A stretch of DNA of 64,000 nucleotides, from the NCBI RefSeq assembly GCF_964204645.1, contig NC_134027.1, positions 13,300,485 to 13,364,484 on the forward strand, read 5' to 3'. The translations under genes and the position numbers were made by a program. Under the pieces are notes generated by a model. The model did not search any database, was not told the origin of the DNA, and saw only the letters and a program-made list of their open reading frames with translations. This DNA comes from Tubulanus polymorphus (taxonomy: Eukaryota; Animalia; Nemertea). Positions 13,444-26,465 of this stretch are shown piece after piece (within the stretch, counting starts at the first letter, position 1; each line of letters starts with the position of its first letter).

Positions 13444-13911
13444 TTTATAGTTTTATTTGGTTGTCCACATTGTTTGATTTATGATTAGTTAAGTTAAGAA
13501 GTTTAAGTTACAAATTTTTTAAGGACAAAAACTTATGAGGGTGCATATTGGAAATTCTCTCTAGAGGGTTACTCTGTTTAGTTTTCTATTCAAGTCACAT
13601 TTTCTATGACTATAACGTTTTGAAAAAAATGAAGTTATTCGTGAGTTTCGAATTATTTTTTAAACATTAAACCTTGCTAAACGTTGGCAAAATGGACTGG
13701 AAAAATAATATGAGTTAAGTTATTGTTTCCTTAAAAAGAAAACAAAATATATTGTTCAAAGTCCAAGTAAGCTGAGGTTTACTGTCAATGTGATTTATTG
13801 AGAATTATGTGTTAAAATCGGTATTGATCAAATCCTTGTGTGACAATTAGAATTTGTTTTTTAAGTTGTATGTAACAAGCGATGGTTGTAAGATGTTATT
13901 AACCTGCTTAC

Positions 13912-14649
13912 TTTTTAGCCCATTTGGGACTTATGTCCCAGCGGGCTATTGCGTTCATTTTTTCGTCCTTCATAGCGTTCGTCCGTCCGTAGACGGAATC
14001 CAGTTATTTTGGGAACTTTTGATATTTGGTTTATACATGTATCTACTCTAGGTACATCTTCAGCCCAAAAACTTTTGTACCAAAAAGGATAATTTTGGTT
14101 TGAAATTCCGAGACCTGTAGCTTTTTACTGGTTTATAATTTTTCGTTGAAATTTGTGATGGGTATTGTATGAGGGGGATCTGTAAATATTTAGATCGGTT
14201 TTGCAATCAGTAAAATATCATGCACTTGGCGGCCATCTTAGTCCTCATTCGTTAGTTGTGAAAAGGTTTTTTGAGGAAAATGAAAACTGGTTTTAAATTG
14301 TAGTAATGATATTTGGAATTAGGATTACCCAGTTTTTAGTTCTCGCCACCAGGGGGAGTTAAATATTGAATCATAAAGTTGTAGCTCACGACATGTTATA
14401 ATATGATTGTGGTAAGGTTCAATTTTGAATAGCGGAATAACTTTATTTCCTTATAAAATTGGCACCTTTTGATATTTTGTTACTACAATCAGTTGCGAAA
14501 TTGTAGCTCATGACATGTTCTATGATTGTGGTGAGTTGCAAGTTCTCAACGTGGTTTCAGTCTTAAGTTCACCAGGGAATATTGAAATTGTTACATTGTT
14601 GAGCATTTCAAAGCACCCAAGTGGGCATGGTGTTCCTGGACCCTTAGTT
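13912..14649 (+). mobile_element. Helentron-associated (DINE-1/HINE-like) non-autonomous element
   Basis: Starts in a T-run; 5' subTIR gcccatttggg; (gtcc)n microsatellite; 3' subTIR cccaagtgggc (14616-14626) followed by a short stem-loop and ...tagtt. Second copy at 40578. Confidence 0.7.
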
Positions 14650-17507
14650 AAAGCTTGCAATGTATTTTGTGCGCTCAGGACAATTTTTTAGATAAAGACC
14701 GTTATATTAGCAAGAGCTAATTTGTTGTATTTATGTAAATAAAGTTTATTTGAATATTTTAATTTCTAATCTCTTGAGTTAGTTGTGGTGAAACCGTAAT
14801 TTAAACGTCTATGCGACATTGTAAAGTGGTTGGTATATTGATGTCTCGGATGAGTTGTAAAAATTACGTCGAAAAAACTTCCATTTTCGACCTGTTTTCC
14901 AACCAAAATCCAACGTCATATGCGTCATATTTTTACGTTTTTTCAACGTTGATAACACGTTGGAATGCCAGCTGGGTTATCAAAACCAGCAGTCAGTTTA
15001 TTTGAGATATGTATAGAAACAACTCCTACTATAGATAAAGCCTTTTTATAGTGTATAATTATTAATTATAAAAAGCCATAGTCAGTTTATTTGAGATGAG
15101 TATAGAAACAACTAGGCCTATAGATTAATTCTTTTTATGGTGTATAAGTATTAATTATCAAAAACCAAAATCAGTCTATTTGAGATGAGTATAGAAACGA
15201 CTCCTACTATAGATTAAGCTTTTTTATAGTGTATAAACATTAGTTATCAAAACCAGCAGTCAGTTTATTTGAGATATGTATAGAAACAACTCCTACTGTA
15301 ATAAATTTTCAAAAACCAAAAGTCAGTTTATTTTAGATTAGTATAGAAACAACACCTACTATAGATTAAGCTTTTTATAGTGAATAAATATTAGTTATCA
15401 AAACCAGCAGTCAGTTTATTTGAGATATGTATAGAAACAACTCCTACTATAGATTAAGCCTTTTCATAGTGTGTAACTATTTGTCATCAAAAACCAAATC
15501 AGTGTATTTGACATGAGTATAGGAACGACTCTTTCTATAGATTAAAGCTTTTTCTGTAGCGTATAAATATAAATTATCGAAAACCAACAGTTAGTTTATT
15601 TGAGATGAGAATAGAAACAAATACTCTTATAGATTAAGCCTCTTTATTGTGTCTATTAGACATCAAAAAACCAAAAGTCAGTTTATTTTAGATTAGTGTA
15701 GAAACAACTCCTACTATAGAGTAAGCGTTTTCATTGTGCCTATAAGTCATCAAAAACTAAAGTCAGTTTATTTGAGATGAGTATAGAAACAACTCCTACT
15801 ATAGATTAAGCTTGATTATAGTGTATAAATATTAGTTATCAAAACCAGCAGTCAGTTTATTTGAGATATGTATAGAAACAACTGCTACTATAATAAATTT
15901 TCAAAAACCAAAAGTCAGTTTATTTTAGATTAGTATAGAAACAACTCCTACTATGGAGTACGCTTTTTCACTGTGTCTATAAATCATCAAAAACTAAAGT
16001 CAGTTTATTTGAGATGAGTATAGCAACAACTCCTATACATTAAGTCTTTTTATGGTGTTTAAGTATTCATTATCAAAAACCTAAATCAGTCAATTTGAGA
16101 TGAGTATAGAAACGACTCCTACTATAGATTCAGCATTTTTATAGTGTATAAATATTAGTTATCAAAACCAGCAGTCAGTTTATTTGAGATATGTATAGAA
16201 ACAACTCCTACTATAGATTAAGCCTTTTTATAGTGTATAAGTATTAATTATAAAAAGCCATAGTCAGTTTATTTGAGATATGTAAAGAAACAACCCCTAC
16301 TATAGATTAAGCCTTTTTATAGTGTATAACTATTTGTCATCAAAAACCAAATCAATGTATTTGACATGAGCATAGGAATGATTCTTTCTATGGATTAAGC
16401 TTTTTTTATAGCATATAAATATTAATTATCGAAAACCAACAGTCAGTTTATTTGAGAAGAGAATAGAAACAACTATTCCTATAGATGAAGCCTCTTTATT
16501 GTGTCCATTAGTCATCAAAAAACCAAAAGTCAGTGTATTTGTGATGAGTATAGAAACGACTCCTTCTATAGATTAAGCTTGATTATAGTGTATAAATATT
16601 AGTTTTCAAAACCAGCAGTCAGTTTATTTGAGATATGTATAGAAACAACTCCTACTATAGATTAAGCCTTTTTATAGTGTATAACTATTTGTCATCAAAA
16701 ACCAAATCAGTGTATTTGACATGAGTATAGGAACGATTCTTTCTATAGATTAAGCTTTTTTATAGCATATAAATATTAATTATCGAAAACCAACAGTCTG
16801 TTTATTTGAGATGAGAATAGAAACAACTATTCCTATAGATGAAGCCTCTTTATTGTGTCCATTAGTCATCAAAAATATTAGTTATCAAAACCAGCAGTCA
16901 GTTTATTTGAGATATGTATAGAAACAACTCCTACTATAGATTAAGCCTTTTTATAGTGCATAACTATTTGTCATCAAAAACCAAATCAGTGTATTTGACA
17001 TGAGTATAGGAACGACTCTTTCTATAGATTAAGCTTTTTTTATTGTGTATAAATATTAATTATCGAAAACCAACAGTCAGTTTATTTGAGATGAGTATAG
17101 AAACTACTACTACTATAGATTAAGCGTCTTTATTGTGTCTATTAGTCATCAAAAAACCAAAAGTCAGTTTATTTGAGATGAGTATAGAAACTGCTACTAC
17201 TATAGATTAAGCCTCTTTATTGTGTCTATTAGTCATCAAAAACCAAAAGTCAGTTTATTTGAGATTAGTATAGAAATGACTCCTACTATAGAGTAAGCTT
17301 TTTCATTGTGTCTATTAGTCATCAAAAACTAAAATCAGTTTATTTTAGATGAGTATAGAAACAACTCCTTCTATAGATTAAGCTTGATTATAGTATTGAA
17401 TTTTAACTATCAAAAACCAACACTCAGTTTATTAGAGATGAGTATAGAAACAACTCCTACTATAGATTAAGCCTTTTTATAGTGTATAAGTATTAGTTAT
17501 CAAAATC

Positions 17508-17856
17508 CATCCTCCCCCGGCAGGGATTCGAACCTGATGGCATCGAGATTGCCACGGCACGAAACCCTGCCATAATCGACCGTATGCGCAGATACATGCG
17601 CAGTTCAGATGATGTGATTTTTAGCCAATCAGAAATCCCGTTTTATTTTAGCCTGGGTTTTCCCATTTATAGTTCTTCTATAGTTATAGTTGAAATTTGC
17701 CTCAACGATTATACAACGGGCAATCTGATTGGTGCCGCCAGTTTTCGTTCGGAAAGCTGCGCATGTACATGCGCACCCGGTCTACTGATGCAGGGGTTCG
17801 TGCCGTGGCTGAGTGTAGCGATGCCATCAGGTTCGAGTCCCTGCAGAGGGAGGATG
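17508..17856. mobile_element. 349-bp MITE with CAT...ATG termini and 8-bp TSD (hAT- or P-type)
   Basis: TIRs catcctccc..gcagggattcgaacctgatggcatcg and cgatgccatcaggttcgagtccctgc..gggaggatg. Flanks tcaaaatc and tcaaaaac are a duplicated 8-mer of the satellite. Confidence 0.85.
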
Positions 17857-18272
17857 TCAAAAACCAACAGTCAGTTTATTTGAGATAAGTATAGAAACGA
17901 CTCCTTCCATAGTCTTTTGTATAGTGTATGAATACTAATTATCAAAAACCAAAGACAGTTTATTTCAGATGAGTATAGAAACAACCCCTACTATAGATTA
18001 AGCATTTTTAAAGTGTATAACTATTTGTCATAAAAAACCAAATCAGTGTATTTGACATGAGTATAGAAACGACTCATACTATAGATTAAGCTTTTTATAG
18101 TGTATAACTATAGGCCTAAGTCATCAAAAACGAAAATCAGTCTATGTGAGATGAGTATAGAAACGACTCCTATTATAGATTAAGCTTTTTTATAGTGTAT
18201 AAATATTAGTTATTAAAAACCAAAATCAGTTTATTTGAGATGAGTATAGAAACGACTACTACTATCGATTAA

Positions 18273-18560
18273 CCCTTTCAGTGCTGACTAATTAATACCC
18301 TATAGTGCTAGAGAAAATTTGAAAATTCTAAAAAATTCCACCCTAGTGTGTTGAACAATGGGAATACCACTATAGTGCGTCTACACCGCAGTGCGGTGTA
18401 TCGTTAGTTACTAGTATTTCACTATGTTTGACACTTGCTGCCATTTTTCAATAGAGATAATTACAAGTTACGAATTACATCAATACACCGCAGTGCGGTG
18501 TACTAGCAAAATCCATCACTGATTTATTCACCGCACTGCGGTGTAGACGCACTGAAAGGG
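18273..18560. mobile_element. piggyBac-family MITE
   Basis: TTAA|ccctttcagtgc ... gcactgaaaggg|TTAA, inserted in the satellite's gattaag; three internal palindromes caccgcaStgcggtgta. Confidence 0.92.
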
Positions 18561-19503
18561 TTAAGCCTTTTTATTGTGTATAAATATTAATCATCAAAAA
18601 CCAAAGTCAGTTTATTCGAGTTGAGTATAGAAACGACTCCTACTATGGATTTAGTCTTTTTTATAGTGTATAAATATTAATTATCTAAAGCCAAAGTCAA
18701 TTTAGGCCTATATAAGATAAGTATAAGAATGTGTCCTACCATGGAATGGATTCAATTATAGTGTATAAGTTATAATCTTTAAAAAACAGTCTATTTGAGA
18801 TTAGTATAAGAATGTATCCAATCATAGAATTAATTAATTTCAGTATTGTGTATAAATATTTATCTTTAGAACCAAAGTCAGTGTATTTGAGATAAATGTA
18901 AAAACGACTCCTATCGGTTAAGTCTTTTTCATGCTGTATAAGTATCAATCATCAGAAACCAAAGTCAATCTAGACCTATTTGAAATATGTATAAGAATGT
19001 GTCCTAGCATAGAATGAATTCAATTATAGTGGACGATAAAAACTACTACTTAGATTGAATCTCAGTAAAGTGTGCGAATATTAATTACCAAAAACCACAG
19101 TTCAATAGAGATGATTATATAAAAAAATGACCCTTAGAATAATATGATTCAGAGAATAGTGTAAAACATAAATCTTCAAGAACCAGAGTCATCACAAAGG
19201 AGATGATTGTAGAAAAACAACCCCCGTGTAGAATAATTCACAATAAAGCGTGTCCTGGTATCTTCAAATACCTAAGTCAGTCTGTTTGTGATGAGTACAT
19301 AAAGGTGACACCTTGTATAGAATAAATGTAAATATAGTATTTCTGTATAAATACAGAAGGTATCTTCAAGCAGCAAATCTAGTCCATTTTATATTTAGGA
19401 TATTGATGCCCAAGTTTATGCAATTTTGTTATTTTCTTTGTTATCTTTGTATATTCTTATCATTTAGGCCTGTGCCTAATCTGTAATTTGGTTATTTTCA
19501 TAG

Positions 19504-19603
19504 TGAACAACATGGAGGAGATCGAGGCGAATAGTTTGGACAAAGGATTTGTCTTTATTTTCAAGATGTAAATTTGAAGTAAAAGGTGTCAGTAAAGAAA
19601 TTG
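19504..19603 (+). CDS. Possible last coding exon of an upstream host gene (..NNMEEIEANSLDKGFVFIFKM*), followed by a possible 3'UTR exon from 20510
   Basis: Branch-like cctaat and acceptor tttcatag at 19503; donor G|GTAAGC at 19603/19604; stop at 19569-19571 if phase 1. Next acceptor ttttctag at 20509; AATAAA twice near 21548-21559. Protein not recognised. Confidence 0.35.
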
Positions 19604-21959
19604 GTAAGCCATTACAGTATCCTTATTGAGCCCTCGGTTTTTTTCCCAATTGGATATCGACCATTTTAGTACTACTTCCCATTTTCGACCAGAAGATCTT
19701 CACCGATTCAGCGGCTATCATGAGCCTGGGCTAAGCAGGTGATTTTAAGTCACAAAATGGTAATATTCCCTGGGTTTTGTTTCTAAACATAAACCCTTCC
19801 GTATAACGATTCACAATATTTCTATATAAATATGTATCTTAATGTAGAACGACTGGCAGTAAAGTATTCCTATAGAAATATTACTCTTCAAAAACCAAAG
19901 TTGGTATGAATATACATTGTATATAAAAATGACCCCTACTATAAAATTATTCCAAGTGTAGTATTTCAACATGAATATTACTATTTAAAACCAAGTCAGT
20001 CCTTTTGAGATGATTATTAATCAACTGACCCCTACTTCACGTAGTATATAAAACATATAAAAATGACCCTTACTATAGAACTGATCCCTACTTCACGGTT
20101 TAGTTTTTACGTGTATTACTTTCCATAAACCAAATTCATTCCATTTGAAATGAGTGTATAAAATGACCCTTACTATAGAATTATTCTCAATATATATAGT
20201 ATTCCTATATAAGTTTAATTTCTTAAATTACAACCTCAGTCTATTTGAGTTGTACGTTTGGGAGGCGTACATGAAAATGACCCATACTATTGAATGATTC
20301 ACATGGTGATCATCCTGATAATCCCTAAAACCAACATATTGTTGTTCATTCCTTCAATTATTGCCGATATCGAAACATTTGAATACGACTCCCAGATGTG
20401 TGCTGCTACATCAGGAAATTGTTTTTCTTTAGAAAAGTGCAATGCGTATTAAAATTGAATGGGCTTTATTTTTTCATACTCATATTTGAAATTATCATAT
20501 ATTTTCTAGGGAAGAAGTGATGGAGCAAAACCGAAGAAACGCGTTTTACGGACCTTTTTGTAATTATATCGAGCAGAGGCTACTTTGTCCAACTTCTATT
20601 CTGTTTACACAACCTTTAGAATGTTGTCCATTATCATGCAGAATGACATTTGTTTTGATACACTTGGACTGTTTATCATGTTGTGATTATGTCATATAGC
20701 TAATTAACTCACTTAAAGATTGTTCATTCATAATTCCTTTAATGTTTAGTTGTTTTGCAGTTAAACAATTTTACCATATTGTGTTAAATGTTTGGTGGTT
20801 TACAGTGGCAAAAGATTAGTTCAGTGTATGTTCATCTGGGGTGTTGCATATAAAATTGTCAGATTGCAATTGGAACCTCTTCTTGATTGGGCATGGTGTG
20901 TCTGGACCCCTTGTTTTTCATACTATATACCTTTCATGAATGTATCTCTTTTGGATGAATACACTTACACAAAGACTTGAACCCATTTATTATTGCGGAA
21001 ATTATGACTGCAATTTTAAGTAGTTTATTCTGCTATTTGCTCTGTAATTCTGAAGAAGTTAAGAGATTATGGTTAATAATATTTTATAGATTATCACAAG
21101 GGTTAAGTTGAACCACCTGTGTAATGTTTTTAAAATATATAATCAGAATTAATGTACTTTGTAATCTGGGGTCAGTTAATCAAAAGTTGGTTAGGGCAAA
21201 CCAGTAGATAGTTGACACGGTAACAATTGAAAGTTCATTGTTACTACGGTATCTGTCTGCCATTTATCTTTATTGAACATTTGAGTTACTGACTTATGCG
21301 TTTCGCAAAGTTAAATAGATATAACTAGCTTCTGTATGCATACTCTGAACGGTTAGATTTTAAGACAAATGGTAATCGAAGGATCTCATATGCTCGCGAA
21401 ATATGAGGTCATAGGTTGGAATTTTCAATGAGTATCGAACAAAGCACCATCACCTAGTTGCATCAGTCACACGATCACATATTATGTTTGTAATTGAAAA
21501 TATTTTTTCTAATTGTAGTTGAAGACATGTACACTTAATTATATATAAATAAAAATAAACATGCTGTTTCCACCATAACTCGTGATAAAAAATCTTATAG
21601 TTTTATCGATAAATAATTTTAAAATGAAGCATCAGGCAGTGTAGAAAGATTTCCTAAAGGATATGTGCAGATTTATCCCAAAGTTTATCCAATCCCTACC
21701 AATACTCAACTTGATAGCAGCGTAAAGCATGAGCATGTATAGCAAGGATTGACTGACTTCTGGCAACATACTATGGACGTTACCGTACTTAAGGCCCCAC
21801 TACCACTGTGTTATTAAGGAGCTTATCCGAGACCCTCAATCTCCAGTATCCGACAAAGATTTCAAGCGAATGATGCAGGTGACATAAGCGAAACTACCAA
21901 TATATGTTTGAGAAGATTCCATCAGGCTGACGATGGTTGGAGAAAATATGTATGAACTA

Positions 21960-22680
21960 TATGAGTCGTCCTATCCTACCCATCTTAAATACCGGTACTC
22001 ATACCAAATACGCTGGGGTAGAGTCATTCTATACTATAAGCCATTAAATATGTCTTAAATTGGCCGACGATACGTGTTAGCCACAATTTAAAGTAAAATA
22101 CAAGGAGTATATCTATGCTAGGAATCATTTAATACTCATTTCAACAGTGCGAAGATAGATACAGTAATCCCCATTATATTCTTAGTCAGTGTCGCGCATA
22201 TTCTCGTGATATACAATATTTTACTGATATTGCGAGCTTGTGCCGGCCAGACATATTGCAAATAGTCATACTCATACTACATATGAGTATGTACATTTCA
22301 TTCTAGTCGGTTGTACGACGATTATACGACGAGTGATCCTGAGTCGTTTTATACGTTATATACTCAATCCAATTAGGTTTATGTTGGTTTTAGGGGAAAA
22401 TATGTATAAGTAGGCCTGTTACATATACAACGAGTCATTCAATGTTAGGAGTCAGTGTAGTACGAGTTTAGTGTACTTATTTAGTGTACTCATACTAGAT
22501 CACGAGTCATCCTATGTGATCAGTTATTTGATATACTCATCTTGAATAGGCTTTGAATAATAAGATACTCATTTCAAAATTGGCTGACGTTGGGGTAAAA
22601 ATGTATGTATATACATATTAGTTATACAACGAGTCATTTGATTGTGAGAGTCATTTATTATATACTCATATCAAATTAAC
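21960..22680 (-). repeat. Highly decayed inverted copies of the satellite unit
   Basis: Recurring gagtcRttt..atac and tatactcat motifs are the reverse complement of the unit core atgagtatagaaacgactc. Confidence 0.55.
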
Positions 22681-24223
22681 ATACAGTCATACATCGATTT
22701 AACACCATCCTTGGGGATTGCCGATTTTGTCGGTAAATTGCATCTGCGGGAAATCAGACTTTAGTTCCGGTTGATCAAATACCTAATATACCTGCTCAGA
22801 ACGATCCATCGTTATTGTGATGGATTATGGCCGATTATTATTATCCAATTGTACTTTTTTTAGAATGAAATTTATATGTAAATCAGCCTTTCACAAACTT
22901 AAAACAAACATACATTTATGATACCCCTTGCTCCGTGAGAATAAAACACCGAACTAGGTTTGCCGTTACAGCCAATATGAATAAAAGCCACATCATAATC
23001 GATGTCAGATGGCAGACATCTCTTGAATGGATGATCGACGGGCAAAATAGTTGCGCCACGAAAACCAAGAACTGTATGTCAACGCGATTGGATTCGAATC
23101 CTTAAATAGGAAAGGATTAGTACTATTAGCCTGTGTATAAACGAATGATCGAGGACCACAATTCTAACTACCATGATTGAAATAAAACGTATGCGTCTAG
23201 GAAACTCAGACGGACTGAATCGCCACGAGGTTACTCAGTGGGCGGAGTTCAACAAGTGATAAGACACGTGTTAGATCACGTGATAGATAAACGACGCTGG
23301 CTCTCATAAAACATTTTCATTTCCTACCGTAAAGAAATTCCTTTATGAATCTATCGCTGATCGAGTTATACTTACTCTACCTAAGGACCCATTAATTATT
23401 ATAATTAAAAGTTGTATATTGGCGAACAGTTAGGTCTCAAACTTGTTTTTCAGTTAACTTCGACGAGAGATTCCGGTTCTGAGGATAGATCTACCTATTT
23501 ATACATTTTTGAGCATGAACAGATATGTTTCCGTGCGTCATTATATACTAGGAGCCATTGGTTTTTTTACCCAAATGGATTTTCTTTAATTTTTGGAGAA
23601 ATTCTTGTGAAAAAGTGTTGCACTCAAATGGATAATTATGTTCTAGGAATCATTGTGTATACCGGTATTCATCTTGAGTGAACTGACATGATTTCTGTAT
23701 ATTATTCGAGCTCATATATATATTTAAATATATATACATATATACTTGACTGTGGGTCAGTTCAGGAGTCCTATACTCATCAATGGATTTTCGCTTTTGA
23801 AGATATTCAATTTAAGCATAAATATTCTTTTTTTTTTTCAAATGGACAAACTTAGGTCTGTGAACAATTATAATTGAGCAGGAAGATCTGCATACCTGTT
23901 TTAGTTGTATTGTTTTACTAGAAGAACATTTGTTATAAGGAATATGTAATCAGTAATGTGTTACAGAAGCAATAATCATGCTATTCTGCAGTACACCACA
24001 TGTTGGCCACATTTTATGATTCATGTCTTATTTTAGGCTAGAAATGATACCTGTTTCCAAACATGACGGAGCTTTTTTGCGATCATTTACCGTAAAGTAC
24101 ATGGGTGCGTGAGTTTTCGACTAACGCTTGAGTTCAACCTTGGTAGGCCGTATAGGCGTGAGATAAATATATAGTTAATCAACTTTCAATCTCAAAATTG
24201 CCCGACACAATCACACAACAACC

Positions 24224-24332
24224 GATATCAAAATCAAACCTTGGTAGGTTTGTTAGGGACACCAAATCCAACAAATCAAATGATATCTACCAATCAAATG
24301 AATAACAGGATGAATCCCCATTTTAAGATCAA
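24224..24332 (+). repeat. Dispersed repeat; second copy at about 37310-37438
   Basis: Both copies share caaaatcaaacc...ggtttgtWagggacaccaaatc...aatcaa...attttaagat. Confidence 0.6.
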
Positions 24333-25090
24333 AATATCGTGAAGCTGAAAATATGAAATAGAACAGGTGGTTCATGTATTGGCTGCATCTCTTTTGATAT
24401 CCACTACACGCCAGAAGATAAACAAGGTATTTGAATTTTGAAATCGGAAATGCAAGTACATAAAAGATGTCCATGTCTATGAAATCGAAGTGCAGAAATA
24501 ATTATCATACTTTCTTTCGTGTTCGTTTTCACGTGTATGCTGGTACATCTGCATATTCCGAATGGATTGAAGTCTTCTTTTGAGTAGATCATGTAGAATG
24601 TTTTCGTTGAATATGTTACAACATCACTTATCGCACAAGCCAATATTATCTAGACGAATGCGCTACGTCTACGTGTGATTCAATCGGAAATGTCTACTAT
24701 TACTTCGGTTAACTAACAAGACCGTGAATGTCAAGCATAAAGCCCTTGCTTCACTGATCACAGAGACAGTCGGGCCCTCAATTTAAACCACCACGAAAAT
24801 CTCGAAGTCTTCTTTAAAAACACATAAAACCGATAAATAAAACATATTTTGATTGTGAAAATAATTTTGTAATGTAGTTAAATGAAAAAATAATTTATTA
24901 TTATCATTGTACTGAATTTTGGCTAATTTCTGTTAAATCTTGTCGGAAATGAATACTGATGCGATCTTCAAGTATAGCCCTCCGCGTCAGTGATAGTGAT
25001 ATCCTTGCGCCATTTTGACGCATAACTGGGCCTCAAATCAAAACCCTCTATGTCGGTTTTAAGATGCAGGCGCGTATCTCAGGTAATTTC

Positions 25091-25197
<107 letters not shown>

Positions 25198-25287
25198 GTT
25201 AAATTTAATATAGAATACAAATATTATATTTATACTCATACTATTCTTCCAATTCATGTGTTTAAAAGTAAAATATATATATCATTA

Positions 25288-25356
25288 CACTCATCCACTC
25301 ATCCATTCATCCACTCATCCATTCATCCAATTCATCCACTCATCCACTCATCCATC
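25288..25356. repeat. 8-bp tandem repeat (caYtcatc)n
   Basis: Read directly from the sequence. Confidence 0.9.
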
Positions 25357-25417
25357 GATATGTAAATAGAAATTAATCTTTTTCATTTTCATATTTTTCT
25401 TTAAGCTTATTACGTTC

Positions 25418-26433
25418 TTACCCTATAATCCTTTTCAGTGTCATTGGTATAGTTCCTAAATGATTCCCGAATTTATATTTATAGAATGTTGCTCTTGAAA
25501 ATATTTTTGGAATATAATTTTCGATTTCAGTTTTAGATGGATGTTTATTTAAAAATTCTCTAAAATCATCATATTTAAGTTCAAATAAGTTCATTGCATA
25601 AGTTACATTTGATTTAAAGTTATTTAACTTTTTCAATATGGTAACTATATCATTACCCGAGAAATAATCTATAAATGTTTTTCTAAACCACCGATAGTCT
25701 AATATATTCATTTTATTAAATTTCGGCTTTACAATTAATGGATTTTCTATTACATTATCTGTACCTATATGTTTAATTGAATATTTATGATTCAATTGTT
25801 TGTCATGTATTACATATTCTTTACATTTTTCACACCAAGACTTAAATACCTGTATTGCATGGGCTGAATCATTTCCACCTTTGGTTTTGATTTATAATGT
25901 TTTGCCGAATTAGCCTTTGTTATACATTCATTACAGAAGGCACAATAATTTTGATCCTCTTTGCATTTATCTTTATATATATTAGCATATGTTTTTACTA
26001 ATTGTAAAATATGTTCATCTTTTTTGATGTGCAATAAATAATCATTATTATTATCAAAATCTTCTTCACAATACATACATCTGATGTTATCTTCTATTTT
26101 AGATTCAATATTATCTTCTATTTTAGTTTCATTATTAGCTTCTATTTCAGTATCAATATTTTCTTCTTTTTTTGTTTCAATATTATCTTCTATTTTTGTT
26201 TCAATATTCTTATTATTAGATGTAGAAGGTATATTATCTATATTATCATTATTATTATCTTTTTTAGTTATATCATAATTACGTTCAATTGAATATTCTT
26301 TGTATTGATTTAATTCATTTAATAAGATTGTTCAAATATATTCATTTATTCTTTTATAAGGTATTACATAATACAAATCATCATTGATTTCTTTATCAGC
26401 TTTGATTCTTTCATATAACTTACCTTCATCCAT
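25418..26433 (-). pseudogene. Polinton-like element copy A: decayed zinc-finger/hypothetical genes downstream of the capsid gene
   Basis: Very AT-rich, intronless. Starts at TAAATG (ATG at 26433, MDEGKLY); CMYC..H and CAFCNEC..HYKSK zinc-finger-like motifs; stops and frameshifts. Confidence 0.55.
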
Positions 26434-26465
26434 TTATTATATTAATTTTTATTTAAACTAAAATT

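Larger units (their letters stand above)
4878..14976 (+). mobile_element. Full-length EnSpm/CACTA (CMC) DNA transposon, animal CCC...GGG type, 10.1 kb
   Basis: TIRs CCCAGCTGGCA (4878-4888) and TGCCAGCTGGG (14966-14976). Subterminal inverted motif acgtYggattttggttg at both ends. 2-bp TSD TT; removing the element and one TT restores the satellite sequence tattagttatcaaaaccagc. Contains transposase and DUF4806 genes. Confidence 0.95.
14977..20300 (+). repeat. ~89-bp satellite array, right block (clean to about 18.7 kb, decaying to about 20.3 kb)
   Basis: Same unit continues exactly from the EnSpm junction; distal units degrade to forms such as tataaaaatgacccctactata. Confidence 0.92.

Noticed and set aside
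363-18700. CRISPR-like array
   Set aside because: The whole 89-bp unit repeats with no unique spacers, there are no cas genes, and the context is eukaryotic.
26084-26278. Plus-strand hydrophobic ORFs (also 48833-49093)
   Set aside because: They are antisense shadows of Lys/Glu/Asn-rich viral genes.
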